IMG/VR virus record: IMGVR_UViG_3300048838_000238
Coordinates: 41,997 to 105,996 of that record
Direction: 5' to 3' (one strand)
Length of the DNA: 64,000 bases
Source of the DNA: a virus
The notes under the pieces are model-generated. The model was not told where the DNA came from. It ran no database searches and was given only the letters and a program-made list of their open reading frames with translations. Position numbers and translations under genes: made by a program. Positions 30,651-40,135 of the stretch are shown in pieces. The stretch's first letter is position 1. The number at the start of each line of letters is the position of its first letter.

Positions 30651-31193
30651 ATGGAAACCATCATTTGTGTTTGTGAGAATTGTTCTGTTGAGTTCCCAAC
30701 TCCTGCCCATGACGTGCGTCGTCGTGGTAGAAGGTTTTGCAGCCCAGCGTGCTACGATGCTTCGCGACGTAACACGCCAGACAAGTTTTGGTCCTTGACC
30801 ACGAAGGTCGATGGGGAATGTTGGCCGTGGAGAGGCCGTCGTACGGAAGGAGGTTACGGCAGATTTCACTTTAGTGGAGAGCAACTCGCCCACCGTGTTT
30901 CTTATCTGCTTACATTCGGCTCCCTGCCGGATGGTTTGTGCCTCGACCACCTTTGCCGGAACCGCCTGTGCGTCAATCCTGCGCATCTCGAACCTACAAC
31001 GTGGCGCGAAAACATCCTTCGCGGTGAAGGTGTCGCTGCACTGGAAGCACGAGCTACTCACTGCAAGTGGGGACATCCATTCGACGCAGCCAATACCATG
31101 ATCCGTAAAGACGGAGGACGGTTCTGCCGCGCCTGTGGACGCAGGCGATACAAGGCATACAAGCAAAAGAAGAAATCTCATATTATTTCCTAG
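30651..31193 (+). CDS. HNH homing endonuclease, inverted in the head operon
   Basis: CWPW...GYG...AHRVSY...LDHLCRNRLCVNPAHLE...EN; zinc-finger-like ends. Confidence 0.85.
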   Translation: METIICVCENCSVEFPTPAHDVRRRGRRFCSPACYDASRRNTPDKFWSLTTKVDGECWPWRGRRTEGGYGRFHFSGEQLAHRVSYLLTFGSLPDGLCLDHLCRNRLCVNPAHLEPTTWRENILRGEGVAALEARATHCKWGHPFDAANTMIRKDGGRFCRACGRRRYKAYKQKKKSHIIS

Positions 31194-32209
31194 CCAACCA
31201 GGCCCTTCTCTTGTAGGTCGTCGGCAATCGAATTGACGAAGCTGGCGGTATTGGCCAGATCCACAATCAGCCGGTCACAAGTGCGTGCCAGACTTGCAAA
31301 GTTGCTCCGAATCGCAGCCACGTCGTTCGCGTACGTCGTACCGTCCGCCAGCGCTGCGATCGTGTCAGCCGGGGTTCCTGCCGAGTTGTCTGTCAGGTCA
31401 ACTGCGGTTCGCGCCGCGTGCGTGCGGTCAGCGGTCGAAAAGGTCTGAACGTACGCGGCACATTGATCCGTCGGAGTCGATCCGTGGAACGCGACCAAGT
31501 CGGTGGTGGCGCTGCCGATCTGTGCATCACCAGCCACATTCACGCGGACTGCCGCGCCGAAGGCCAAGACCACCGTGCCTGTCGTGGTATCGATCGTGAG
31601 GATATCGCCAGTCGAATCCTCGATACTCAAGGCATCCGCCAAGTTGGTCGGGACGCGGATCTCGTTCGCGCCGGTAGCGCCGTCGAAGATCAACACCGGA
31701 GTCGTGACCGTAACGAACTCGCTGGTCGTGTCTCCGCTGCCGACGGCATTCGGAGTGACCTTGCTGATCAGCCGCACCAGGACGCGAGTCGTGGCACTGG
31801 AATATCGTTTCACGACCACACCGATCGCCACGCTCTCGACGGTCGTCTTTTCCAGCTTCTGGTTTTCGACCGCGTCGCCGGTACTGACTTCCGTCACGGA
31901 GACCTTGTCGCCGATCTCGAATGTCGCCGACACGCAGTCGTATTCCGCGATAATGTCAGTCGCGACCGGGAAGTACGGATCAGCCGCCGTTTCCAGCACC
32001 GTCCGCGTTTCCGTGGCGACACCAGCGAACAGAGGCGCGAAGGTCGACTTGTTCAGCGCCGCCGTCCCAGCGTCGGCTTGCGAACTCGCCGGCTTCACGT
32101 CGTCCGTATCGTGAAACAGCAGGTCGCCCTTCTCCACGGCGAGCGTGCCGTTGAAGAGGTACTTGACCGGGAATGCGCTGACGTCTTTGAAAATGCGGGG
32201 CTTGGTCAT
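31190..32209 (-). CDS. Head decoration/cement protein with C-terminal extension
   Basis: 339 aa between scaffold and capsid genes; FAGVA...FEIGDKV...IGVV pattern. Confidence 0.6.
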   Translation of the reverse strand: MTKPRIFKDVSAFPVKYLFNGTLAVEKGDLLFHDTDDVKPASSQADAGTAALNKSTFAPLFAGVATETRTVLETAADPYFPVATDIIAEYDCVSATFEIGDKVSVTEVSTGDAVENQKLEKTTVESVAIGVVVKRYSSATTRVLVRLISKVTPNAVGSGDTTSEFVTVTTPVLIFDGATGANEIRVPTNLADALSIEDSTGDILTIDTTTGTVVLAFGAAVRVNVAGDAQIGSATTDLVAFHGSTPTDQCAAYVQTFSTADRTHAARTAVDLTDNSAGTPADTIAALADGTTYANDVAAIRSNFASLARTCDRLIVDLANTASFVNSIADDLQEKGLVG

Positions 32210-32312
32210 GACGTGTACTTCCTTGTACTTTTTGGTTGTTCAGTGCGGCCCAGCCGCGATTGTTCAAGTGTCAAAAACGCTGCGAATTAACGCCGGACGT
32301 TGATTGGATTAG

Positions 32313-33695
32313 TTAGCGGATCAGGTTTGCCAAGCTGCCTGGCTCGGCATATTTCTTCGCGACCTCCGCGATGTTCACGGCTGGCTGCTGGACTGGTGCA
32401 ATCGCCGGTTGACTGCGAGCCCTCGGTGCATTTTCGAGGACCGGTGCGCCGCCCTTTGCAGGTGCGACCGGAGCGATCGACAGACCAGCCAAGTCGTTGG
32501 CGAACGCGGTGCGTTCTTCCAGCGTCAACAGCCGAGACATCGCCGTCACGAACTGGCGAGTCGGCGTCACCTTGCGAGCGGTCAACAGGTCCGTGCATTC
32601 AAGCACGACGTTCACGTCTAGCGATTTCCTGGCCGATTCCTCGACGGTTTCTTTTTCCTCCGGCATTTCGGAGGGCATTGGTTCTGGTTCTTCAGCGGGT
32701 GCCGCTTCGGTGACGGCTGCCGCCGCGAGGTTGTCGCTCACGCTGTCGCTCATGTCGAGCGATGCCAACACTGCTCGGAGTTGCTCGGTGCTGGCTTCCG
32801 CCACCTTTGAGGCAATCGCTGCCAGAATGCCGGCCCGAATCTGCGATTCTGGAGACACGTCATCCACCGGCACTTCCACGGGCAGATCGCCCATTTCTGG
32901 ATCGATCGCGCCATCCGCTTCGGAGACGGCGTCTTTCAACATGCCGTACTCTTCCGTGCCTTCCATGTCTTCCGGTGCGGATTCCAAAATCATGCGGATC
33001 GTATGTCGCATCGCAGCGTGACCTTTCCGTTGGGCCGATTCAAAGAGGCTATGCGTGGTGCCGGGATTCCCGTTCACCACTGCGACTCCCGAGACGGCAG
33101 TAATTTCTGTGAGGTAAATCCGCCCGTTTTGCAGGATCGGAGTTGGTCCGCGCTGAGCCTCGTGACTCAGTGCAAAGGCGTCCGGCTTCCGCTTGGCGAC
33201 TTCAACCAGGATGGGAGAGAACTCGCTCGATTCCAGGTAGTGAAGATCGGCGACGATGCCCTTGCCTTCGACAAATCTCGCCTCGGCCAGCCAGCCGACC
33301 ATGCGAGTGTTGTCGTGTGACTCTTCTTTGAGTACGCGGCGACCGCTGGCGTCGTAGCCGAATTCAAGATGCCCGTCGTAGACCTTTGCACCTTCGTACA
33401 AAGGAACAGCCCTGCGCAAACATTCCGTTGTGTACGCATAGGGCCGATCGACCGCGTCTCCAAAATCCCTTTCGGAGAGTCCCAGAACGCGGCCGGTATT
33501 TTTCGATTCCTCCGCGACAACCAGGACGCCGCGAATAACCTTGGCTTCCTCGTCGACTCGCGATACGCCCAGCGCCAATTCCATGACGCCGCTGGCCAAC
33601 TCCAGAACGATTAAGTTCTGAGGGGCTGGTTGTGCCGTCCTGGCTTTCCGTGACAGACGTTTCCGCTGGCGTGTTTTGGCTTCCGTGCCGTTCAT
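32313..33695 (-). CDS. Prohead protease/scaffold protein
   Basis: Protease-like N-terminus (LYEGAKVYDGH...VGWL...ADLHYL...ALSH) plus acidic scaffold region. Confidence 0.7.
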   Translation of the reverse strand: MNGTEAKTRQRKRLSRKARTAQPAPQNLIVLELASGVMELALGVSRVDEEAKVIRGVLVVAEESKNTGRVLGLSERDFGDAVDRPYAYTTECLRRAVPLYEGAKVYDGHLEFGYDASGRRVLKEESHDNTRMVGWLAEARFVEGKGIVADLHYLESSEFSPILVEVAKRKPDAFALSHEAQRGPTPILQNGRIYLTEITAVSGVAVVNGNPGTTHSLFESAQRKGHAAMRHTIRMILESAPEDMEGTEEYGMLKDAVSEADGAIDPEMGDLPVEVPVDDVSPESQIRAGILAAIASKVAEASTEQLRAVLASLDMSDSVSDNLAAAAVTEAAPAEEPEPMPSEMPEEKETVEESARKSLDVNVVLECTDLLTARKVTPTRQFVTAMSRLLTLEERTAFANDLAGLSIAPVAPAKGGAPVLENAPRARSQPAIAPVQQPAVNIAEVAKKYAEPGSLANLIR

Positions 33696-34061
33696 TTAGC
33701 CAAGGATAGAGCGGCAATTGGCGGTTTTTACGCAAACCAGACTGAGGCAGCCTCGCGACGGCGATCCGCGACCAGGCGTGAGAAGTCCGCAGTTGTTGCG
33801 AGACGCGAGCAAACTCGGCAATTCGCACGGCAAGCGATTAGTCGCCGCTTGTGCGATGTGGACCCATCCGCCGCTAGTCGCGAGAAGCTGGACTCCACGC
33901 AGATGCGAGAATTCTCAGCACGTTCACGCCTAGATAAGTCGCTGCTAAGACATAGACAGCCATCGCGAGTCTCGCCTCGCCGGTGAATTCAAGCAGAACT
34001 CTGACCGTGACTTCCATCTCTGCATGATAAACGAAGCGGCGCGGCGGTCTTTGTGAGGCAT

Positions 34062-34226
34062 TCAGGAAGTGGACCCATCCGCCGATTCGCGACACGGCTT
34101 ACACTTCCGACCTGGACGTCCGGGAGGTATCGGTTTATCGCACGACGCGCAACAGCTTCTGCGCACCGCAGGTCTGCTCATTGGCAGCCGGAATAAATCA
34201 CCTGCGACGATAGCCAATGTGAGCAT
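34062..34226 (-). CDS. Small zinc-finger protein (54 aa)
   Basis: Manual translation ...CASC...CKPC...; below the ORF-track size cutoff. Confidence 0.35.
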   Translation of the reverse strand: MLTLAIVAGDLFRLPMSRPAVRRSCCASCDKPIPPGRPGRKCKPCRESADGSTS

Positions 34227-34246
34227 CTTCTCTCGTGTGTCTTCGT

Positions 34247-34756
34247 TTATAGAGACGCTCTCCAGTTCTCGAACAGTTCAACTGATGCTTGTAGGTACGG
34301 CCGGAATGCTTCCAGCGCTGACTCAGCCTCGTAGTCAGTGACAGTGAATTGACACCGTGGGCATTGGTGCATACCGCCGCTCCGAACTGGCGGATAGAAA
34401 GAATCCGACGTGCCGAGATAGCTGCACTTAGGGCAATGTCCATCGTGCATTGATCGTACGATCCGATGTAGCGCCCGAGCGTGTTCGGCGGATAGGTCAA
34501 GTGACAGACGAGTACATTCGCTCTTGACTTGTTCAGCTTTTGGAGGAAGTGCGTCGGTCGCGGTGGAGTTTAAGTCGCCGCCGATCGACGCATCGAAGTG
34601 GCTAACGGCGATGTCGGCGTTTACCCGAGACTGCTCAAGAGCCTTGCCGTGATTGCAACTCGCGGCGTACACGCCGCACCATAATTTCGTGCGAAGCTCC
34701 TGTGTGTGTTTCCGATCAGAGACCAACCGTTCCGCTTCGTTACTCATCGTGTTCAC
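34247..34756 (-). CDS. Hypothetical zinc-ribbon protein
   Basis: CPKC and CPRC motifs, AAGGA RBS. Confidence 0.55.
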   Translation of the reverse strand: MNTMSNEAERLVSDRKHTQELRTKLWCGVYAASCNHGKALEQSRVNADIAVSHFDASIGGDLNSTATDALPPKAEQVKSECTRLSLDLSAEHARALHRIVRSMHDGHCPKCSYLGTSDSFYPPVRSGGMHQCPRCQFTVTDYEAESALEAFRPYLQASVELFENWRASL

Positions 34757-34768
34757 GTCCTTTCTGTG

Positions 34769-35104
34769 CTAGTTCATTCCGCACACAACGCCCCAAGTGA
34801 TCCGACACTCGCCTTCCGCCGCCAGAACGGCAGACGTGAACGGCCTCGCCATTTCCTCGAATCTAGCGATCTCATGCGAGATTGCTGGGATCGCAAAGAC
34901 CGGCATGTCGTCGTTCTTCGAGAAGCTCATCTGCCGATCGACGCCGGGTAGCTTCCGATTCGGAATCAGGTACTTCCTGACTTCATAGGACCCCAACTCT
35001 CCACGCCCGTCATACACGATGCTTTCATGTTCGTAGATCAGCTCCTCATCGAAGTTCCACGCTTCGATGTACGGCCCGACATAAACACTGAGATTCATGC
35101 TCAT
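34769..35104 (-). CDS. Hypothetical protein
   Basis: MSMNLSVYVGPY..., ATGA coupling. Confidence 0.55.
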   Translation of the reverse strand: MSMNLSVYVGPYIEAWNFDEELIYEHESIVYDGRGELGSYEVRKYLIPNRKLPGVDRQMSFSKNDDMPVFAIPAISHEIARFEEMARPFTSAVLAAEGECRITWGVVCGMN

Positions 35105-35289
35105 CGCGATCTCGACTCTTCTGAAAGCTCGCACCTAGTGACTTGTTTAACGATTGCACCCCAGCGGACGACGCTTATTCCGACTGGCCTGCCACCGCCA
35201 TAGGAGACAATCGTTGCAGCTTTCTGTCGCGTGATATCAGTGACCTTTCCACGTTTCACTAGCCTCGATATTCGTGCGCCGTGGTTCAT
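35101..35289 (-). CDS. Hypothetical protein
   Basis: 62 aa, coupled to the next gene, palindrome at 35314..35332 upstream. Confidence 0.4.
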   Translation of the reverse strand: MNHGARISRLVKRGKVTDITRQKAATIVSYGGGRPVGISVVRWGAIVKQVTRCELSEESRSR

Positions 35290-35342
35290 ATCAGCTATTC
35301 GCCGGTCGGCAGCCTATATCGGAAAGACATAGCAAAGAACGT

Positions 35343-35594
35343 CTAAGATTTCTTCGCAGCGCCAGCGAGCAGCCAAGCAGCCGCCTCGTTACTGCCGACA
35401 TGAAACGACGGCTTGCCGACGATGCGCTCGCCCCTGACCGATTCGCAGGCGTGATAGATCGTCGCGCCACCGCCTTTGACTTTCAGTCGGCCGCCGCCGA
35501 GATTCGGCTCATGGCCGACGATCACCACTTCACGAGAATCCGCTACCTCGCTAGGACACGGTAAGACGTCGCCGATTTCAAGAGTTGCCTGCAT
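35343..35594 (-). CDS. Hypothetical protein
   Basis: 83-aa ORF in series. Confidence 0.45.
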   Translation of the reverse strand: MQATLEIGDVLPCPSEVADSREVVIVGHEPNLGGGRLKVKGGGATIYHACESVRGERIVGKPSFHVGSNEAAAWLLAGAAKKS

Positions 35595-35925
35595 GATCCA
35601 ACTTCCCTCTATAAGATTCCCGACCAGCGATCACTAACTGTTCACTGGCCTCTTTCCAGCCGGCACGATACGAGTCACGAAACATTCCGATCTCTTGCGG
35701 CTCGCTCGCGCCGATACATCGCGAACACCAACCAGCGAGGAACGCCGTCAGAGATGGAATGATGCCGCCTATCTCGTTCCAACGCAAATGCACAACCGAC
35801 CACCGCGTTAGCGCCAACTCGATTGGCAGTTCCATCGGGCGAATCTGCGCCGGAGACTGCTGCGGCTTCTCACATCCAGGTCCATCGCAGTACGGTGTAC
35901 GAAGTTCAGGGTTGCACTTGCACAT
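35578..35925 (-). CDS. Hypothetical protein
   Basis: 115 aa, begins MCKCNPELRTPYC. Confidence 0.5.
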   Translation of the reverse strand: MCKCNPELRTPYCDGPGCEKPQQSPAQIRPMELPIELALTRWSVVHLRWNEIGGIIPSLTAFLAGWCSRCIGASEPQEIGMFRDSYRAGWKEASEQLVIAGRESYRGKLDHAGNS

Positions 35926-35927
35926 GG

Positions 35928-36182
35928 TTACTCTTCCACTACTTCCGCGAACAACCGAATACCGGTGAAGTTCCTGGGCAGTCGCCGCAAGAACTTCTCG
36001 CCATCGCTGGCATCGACCGCGCCTTCCACCTGACCAGGATTGTCGCCGAACTTGCCTGACAGCACACGTTCCGCTAACGACTCATCGCCGGATAGTCGCA
36101 CAGCGCGGCCGTCCTGCAATCCCAGTGTCAGCACCGTTACAATGTTGGCATCGCGGTCGGCAGTCTTGAACTTAACGATCAC
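35928..36182 (-). CDS. Hypothetical protein
   Basis: GTG start after an AAGGA RBS, about 84 aa. Confidence 0.45.
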   Translation of the reverse strand: MIVKFKTADRDANIVTVLTLGLQDGRAVRLSGDESLAERVLSGKFGDNPGQVEGAVDASDGEKFLRRLPRNFTGIRLFAEVVEE

Positions 36183-36205
36183 CTGGCTGGTCCTTGCTTG
36201 AGAGT

Positions 36206-36541
36206 TTAAGCGGATTCGACATAGCCAATTTTCTGGCTCGTCTTTTTGAACTTCGCGTCGCGGATCGTTTCCAAGTCTAGGCCCGCAGCCTGAGCCCACA
36301 GATCCAAGTAGATTGCCGCGTCGGCAATCTCATCGGCTAGTTTTCCGCGAAGTTCTTCTGGAGTTTCGTCATTCCCTGGAATGCCGTCACGCACTCGATT
36401 GAGCTTCTTGACGATGTTTGCGGCCTCGCCTACTTCACCGACAGTGGCTGTCACCCAATCACTGAGGCTCCACGAATTGAGCGGGTGATTGAATCCGTCC
36501 GGAGCCTCGCAACGACGTCTGTTTCGTTCGCTGAATTTCAT
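36206..36541 (-). CDS. MazG-like nucleotide pyrophosphohydrolase
   Basis: GEVGEAANIVKK...LADEIADAAIYLDL (ExxE...ExxD). Confidence 0.8.
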   Translation of the reverse strand: MKFSERNRRRCEAPDGFNHPLNSWSLSDWVTATVGEVGEAANIVKKLNRVRDGIPGNDETPEELRGKLADEIADAAIYLDLWAQAAGLDLETIRDAKFKKTSQKIGYVESA

Positions 36542-36568
36542 TCGGTAAATCCCACTTTCTGGCCTGCG

Positions 36569-36889
36569 TTATCGGAGCCGAACCGACTCGACTCCGTCTC
36601 CGAATAGCTCGGAAGCTTCTGGTGTAAATTTGACATCGGCCATGAGTACCGAGCCGACTCCTTCCATCTTCTCTTCCCTGAATTTCGTCACGTAGCCAAC
36701 GCAATAATTGTCTCTGTAGACGAGTGTTTTCGAGTTCACGATTGTCGCTTCGATTCGTCCTGACAGATACTCAGCAGGAACGTCGTAGCCCCAAATGCGG
36801 ATTGTTTTAGGTGGCTTCTTGGCGAACACCGACGACAACGGGCTAAACAGTGCGGCCACGGCGGCGACGAAACTACGACGGCTCAACAT
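36569..36889 (-). CDS. Protein with twin-arginine-like signal peptide
   Basis: MLSRRSFVAAVAALF. Confidence 0.55.
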   Translation of the reverse strand: MLSRRSFVAAVAALFSPLSSVFAKKPPKTIRIWGYDVPAEYLSGRIEATIVNSKTLVYRDNYCVGYVTKFREEKMEGVGSVLMADVKFTPEASELFGDGVESVRLR

Positions 36890-36894
36890 TAGAT

Positions 36895-39684
36895 TTAATC
36901 CTTCAGGGCTCGTCCGCCATCAAAAGCATTGCCGGTGTACTGGTCGTGAGGCGGCGCGATCTTGCGGAAGTTGTCGCTGTGCTTGTGCAAGACTTCGGCC
37001 CGCTTCCAAAAGGCTTGCAGTTGATCGTCTTCCAGGAACGGTTTCAGTTCGCGCGTAACAGTCTCGCGGTCTGATAGTAGCTTGCCGAGACTGTCTTGGA
37101 AATCCTGCGGCAGCTTCTCGGCGTAGAACTTCGGAGGCCAGACTCCCTTGAGCGCGTACTTGCCAGCGATGTACGGCTCGTTGTGCTTCGGAAAGCCCAT
37201 GCCGTTATCGATAGCTACTGGCTTATCGCCGTCGGCCAGCACGTTTCCGTAGTGCCGATCCGGATTGCCGATCAGCAGATCAAACGCGGCGAGCTTCGTC
37301 ATTCCTTCCTCGGACACTCTATCGAGGACTTTGTAGTTGATGAAGCCGTTCTCGACCGCTGCTTTGCCGTTGGACCATTCCTGGACGCTGCCGATCCCGA
37401 GTTCGCCATCGGCCAAGGCAGTCTTGGGGACCATGCCGAGTCCCATGATCTCATCGAGGACCGATGCCGCGACTTCGGATTTGTGCATGGTCTGCGGATG
37501 CCACATCTCAGGATCCCAACCGTGGTCTGCGATCTTCGCATCGCCGGAGGCTGGCTTGTAGACGCCTCTCTTGTCGCCTTCCAGATCGACAACATAAGAC
37601 GAGTTGATCCCTTTTGTTTCGGTGATCTTCCTCGGTTGCGAGATAGCGACTCGCTCTTTCGATCTCGGTGTTTCAGGGCGCGGCGATGCGGTTGTAGTTT
37701 TGTCGCTGCGCGGCGAGGCGTCGTCTTTGCCTGTCTCTGCTTTTCCGCCATCAGTGAATGCCTGCGTAGACGCGACTCCGCCGCCGGCGGCTTTCAAGTC
37801 GCGATCCAGCTTCTCCCTTTCCTTGGGATCAGTGACTGAGTCGCGCAGAGCTTTCTCTTTGGCTGGATTACCAGCGGCTAGCGTGATCGCTCCGCTCGAT
37901 ACAAACTTCCCGTGGTCGTCGCGCGGATGATCGGACTCATTAAATGCTTCCGCGATAAAGCGACATTCTCGCTCCCAGCGTTGGATGTCTTCAAACGACT
38001 CATGCACACGTCCAGACTTGCCTGACTTAATGGCCGCATCCAGCATCTTAATTGCATCGTCAACAGTCGCCCCGCTTTCTGGGTCGATGCTGATATCGGA
38101 CGACGTGTGACGCTTCCCTCGTTTCGTATCGAAGCCACCGACAGTTTGCAGTTTTCCGTCAACCCAATCGCGTGGTTGCGGATGATCGGCGAAGCGAATC
38201 TTGTATTCTCCTCCGGACGGCAGTGTCGCAAATACATAACGGCTCGTCGAATCATCAGGGACGCTCACGCGAACCTGGACTCCCATGTCGGCGATTTTGG
38301 ACGCCAAGTCTATCGACGGCTTGTCAAACTTCCGAGACAGCGAGTCAATGTGCGTTCGCTGGTCAATAACTTCATTTCTGACCGCAGACTTCACCTTATC
38401 TCGCGACTCGTTGTCGATTTTGTATGGCTCTGGAGTATCCATTACCCCAGCGGACTTGCGGCTGTACAGGTTGCCTGCTTTATCGATCGCGAACTCCCGG
38501 CCTTCGACGTGAAGCGTTCCGAACGGCGATACCTTCTGAAGCGACAGTCGTCTCTTTTTACCGTCTCCTTTGATTGCCGCCTCGGCGCTGCGGAATTGGC
38601 CTTTCGTCCAGTTCATCGTTCGCGATTCAACCTTGTCGGCGAACGAGTTGAGTTCAGCCATGTCGATCGGCGGCTTAAACGATCCTTCCACTTTAATCTT
38701 GCGATCTGGTGACTTACCTCTGGCGGCCAGTAACTCGCGATCTAATTTCTCCCGCTGCTGCGGATCGGTGACTGAGTCTCGCAGTTTATTCTCTTTAGCC
38801 GGATTCCCCGCTGCCGACGTGATCGAATCACCAGAAACAAATCGCCCGTTGTCAGCCCTTGGATGGTCGCTCTCAACGAACTCGGCGATGAAGCCACCAT
38901 CCGCGCCGCCACCGAACCCCATCACCAGCAAGTCCACCATCGCTCGGCAAGTCTGATGATCGGATTCAAAGAGTCCTTCGGTATCTGGTTCACCGGGATC
39001 TGGTGTTCGGGATGCGGTGTCGCGCGGAACAATAGAGAGGGTACAGCAGCAGTGGGGGTGACTTGGCGGTCCATCAGAATACTTCGACCAGTACGATTGA
39101 TCCGTCCCGGCCATCCGTTCGCAAAACTCACAGTGATCGCAATTTCCTAGTGTCCAGATCACTTTGTACTGGCTCGCCACAGCGGCACTCCCGCGCCCGG
39201 CTGCAAGCAACGTACCCGCAGAAGCGGCCTTCGTTGTCTCGGTAACGGCGACCGTCCCCATCCGCTCGGGACCGAGTACCTTCATCAGGTCCGCGCGAAT
39301 CCGCGTCACGCCGATCTTCTTACCGGCTGCGATTTCTGCGTTCCAGACTTCTTGCGTTGCGTTCAACTGCTTGACGGTGGTTTGCATCATCCGCCGCGCG
39401 GCGAACGAGGCGCGAATCCGCCCCCAGCCACCGGACTGCGCACTAGCAAAGTCAGCAGGTACGCCTTCCTGGATCGCGCTGGCCATCATGATCAGGATCA
39501 GAATCGCGGCCAGTTCAGCGTTTGTCTCTTGCTCGACGCGATCCCAGAAGCTGGTCGGCACGTTCCGTAGATTTGGCGGATTGCCGAGATAGGCTTCGAT
39601 TTCACGGCGGTGCTGGGCGCTGAGCTTGCTCAAGCGGCGGAAGGCTTGCTGCTCGAATTGATCGCGTTCTACTAGTTGGGCCAT
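36895..39684 (-). CDS. MuF-like minor head protein with repeated HPR modules and a C-terminal PI3/4-kinase/HipA-like domain
   Basis: W...CxxC...PPSHPHCCC (MuF); two ESDHPR..G[RK]F repeats; VYKP...EVAA...GSVQEW...DLLIGNPDRHYGN...IDNG kinase motifs. Confidence 0.8.
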   Translation of the reverse strand: MAQLVERDQFEQQAFRRLSKLSAQHRREIEAYLGNPPNLRNVPTSFWDRVEQETNAELAAILILIMMASAIQEGVPADFASAQSGGWGRIRASFAARRMMQTTVKQLNATQEVWNAEIAAGKKIGVTRIRADLMKVLGPERMGTVAVTETTKAASAGTLLAAGRGSAAVASQYKVIWTLGNCDHCEFCERMAGTDQSYWSKYSDGPPSHPHCCCTLSIVPRDTASRTPDPGEPDTEGLFESDHQTCRAMVDLLVMGFGGGADGGFIAEFVESDHPRADNGRFVSGDSITSAAGNPAKENKLRDSVTDPQQREKLDRELLAARGKSPDRKIKVEGSFKPPIDMAELNSFADKVESRTMNWTKGQFRSAEAAIKGDGKKRRLSLQKVSPFGTLHVEGREFAIDKAGNLYSRKSAGVMDTPEPYKIDNESRDKVKSAVRNEVIDQRTHIDSLSRKFDKPSIDLASKIADMGVQVRVSVPDDSTSRYVFATLPSGGEYKIRFADHPQPRDWVDGKLQTVGGFDTKRGKRHTSSDISIDPESGATVDDAIKMLDAAIKSGKSGRVHESFEDIQRWERECRFIAEAFNESDHPRDDHGKFVSSGAITLAAGNPAKEKALRDSVTDPKEREKLDRDLKAAGGGVASTQAFTDGGKAETGKDDASPRSDKTTTASPRPETPRSKERVAISQPRKITETKGINSSYVVDLEGDKRGVYKPASGDAKIADHGWDPEMWHPQTMHKSEVAASVLDEIMGLGMVPKTALADGELGIGSVQEWSNGKAAVENGFINYKVLDRVSEEGMTKLAAFDLLIGNPDRHYGNVLADGDKPVAIDNGMGFPKHNEPYIAGKYALKGVWPPKFYAEKLPQDFQDSLGKLLSDRETVTRELKPFLEDDQLQAFWKRAEVLHKHSDNFRKIAPPHDQYTGNAFDGGRALKD

Positions 39685-40135
39685 TGACTTTTTTCCGAGT
39701 TCTTTGTTCGTCGCTCAACTCGGTCCCACCCGCAGTGAGTAACTAAAAGTTCTTTCACTGTGAGGGCCGGGGACATAAGTCCTGTGATCCTCACGCTTTC
39801 GACGGCGTTCCGCGACTGCTCCGACCGGTAAACGTATCGGGCATTGATCGCGCTCAGCCTTGCGGTGGCTGAACTGTATCAGTCGTATCCATCGGAGACT
39901 ATATCAGGTTGAAATAGCCAGTACAAGCAGATTTCTGACCGGCTAGTATCTATTCGCTATAGGCGGCAGGATCTTGGTAACACAGTTCCTGAACTGTAAC
40001 AGAGCCAGAGTTACTTAGAGGTGACAGCGTTACTACGTCTAGGTTTCAGTTCGCGCCGCTCCCGTTCTGGGCTAAGCTGTCGAGCGTCTAGCTCTCGATC
40101 GAATGATGTCCATGTCTCAAGGAAGGTCGTCGCAG

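Noticed and set aside
30588-31181. 197-aa minus-strand ORF in the head operon
   Set aside because: Antisense shadow of the plus-strand HNH gene, which has clear motifs
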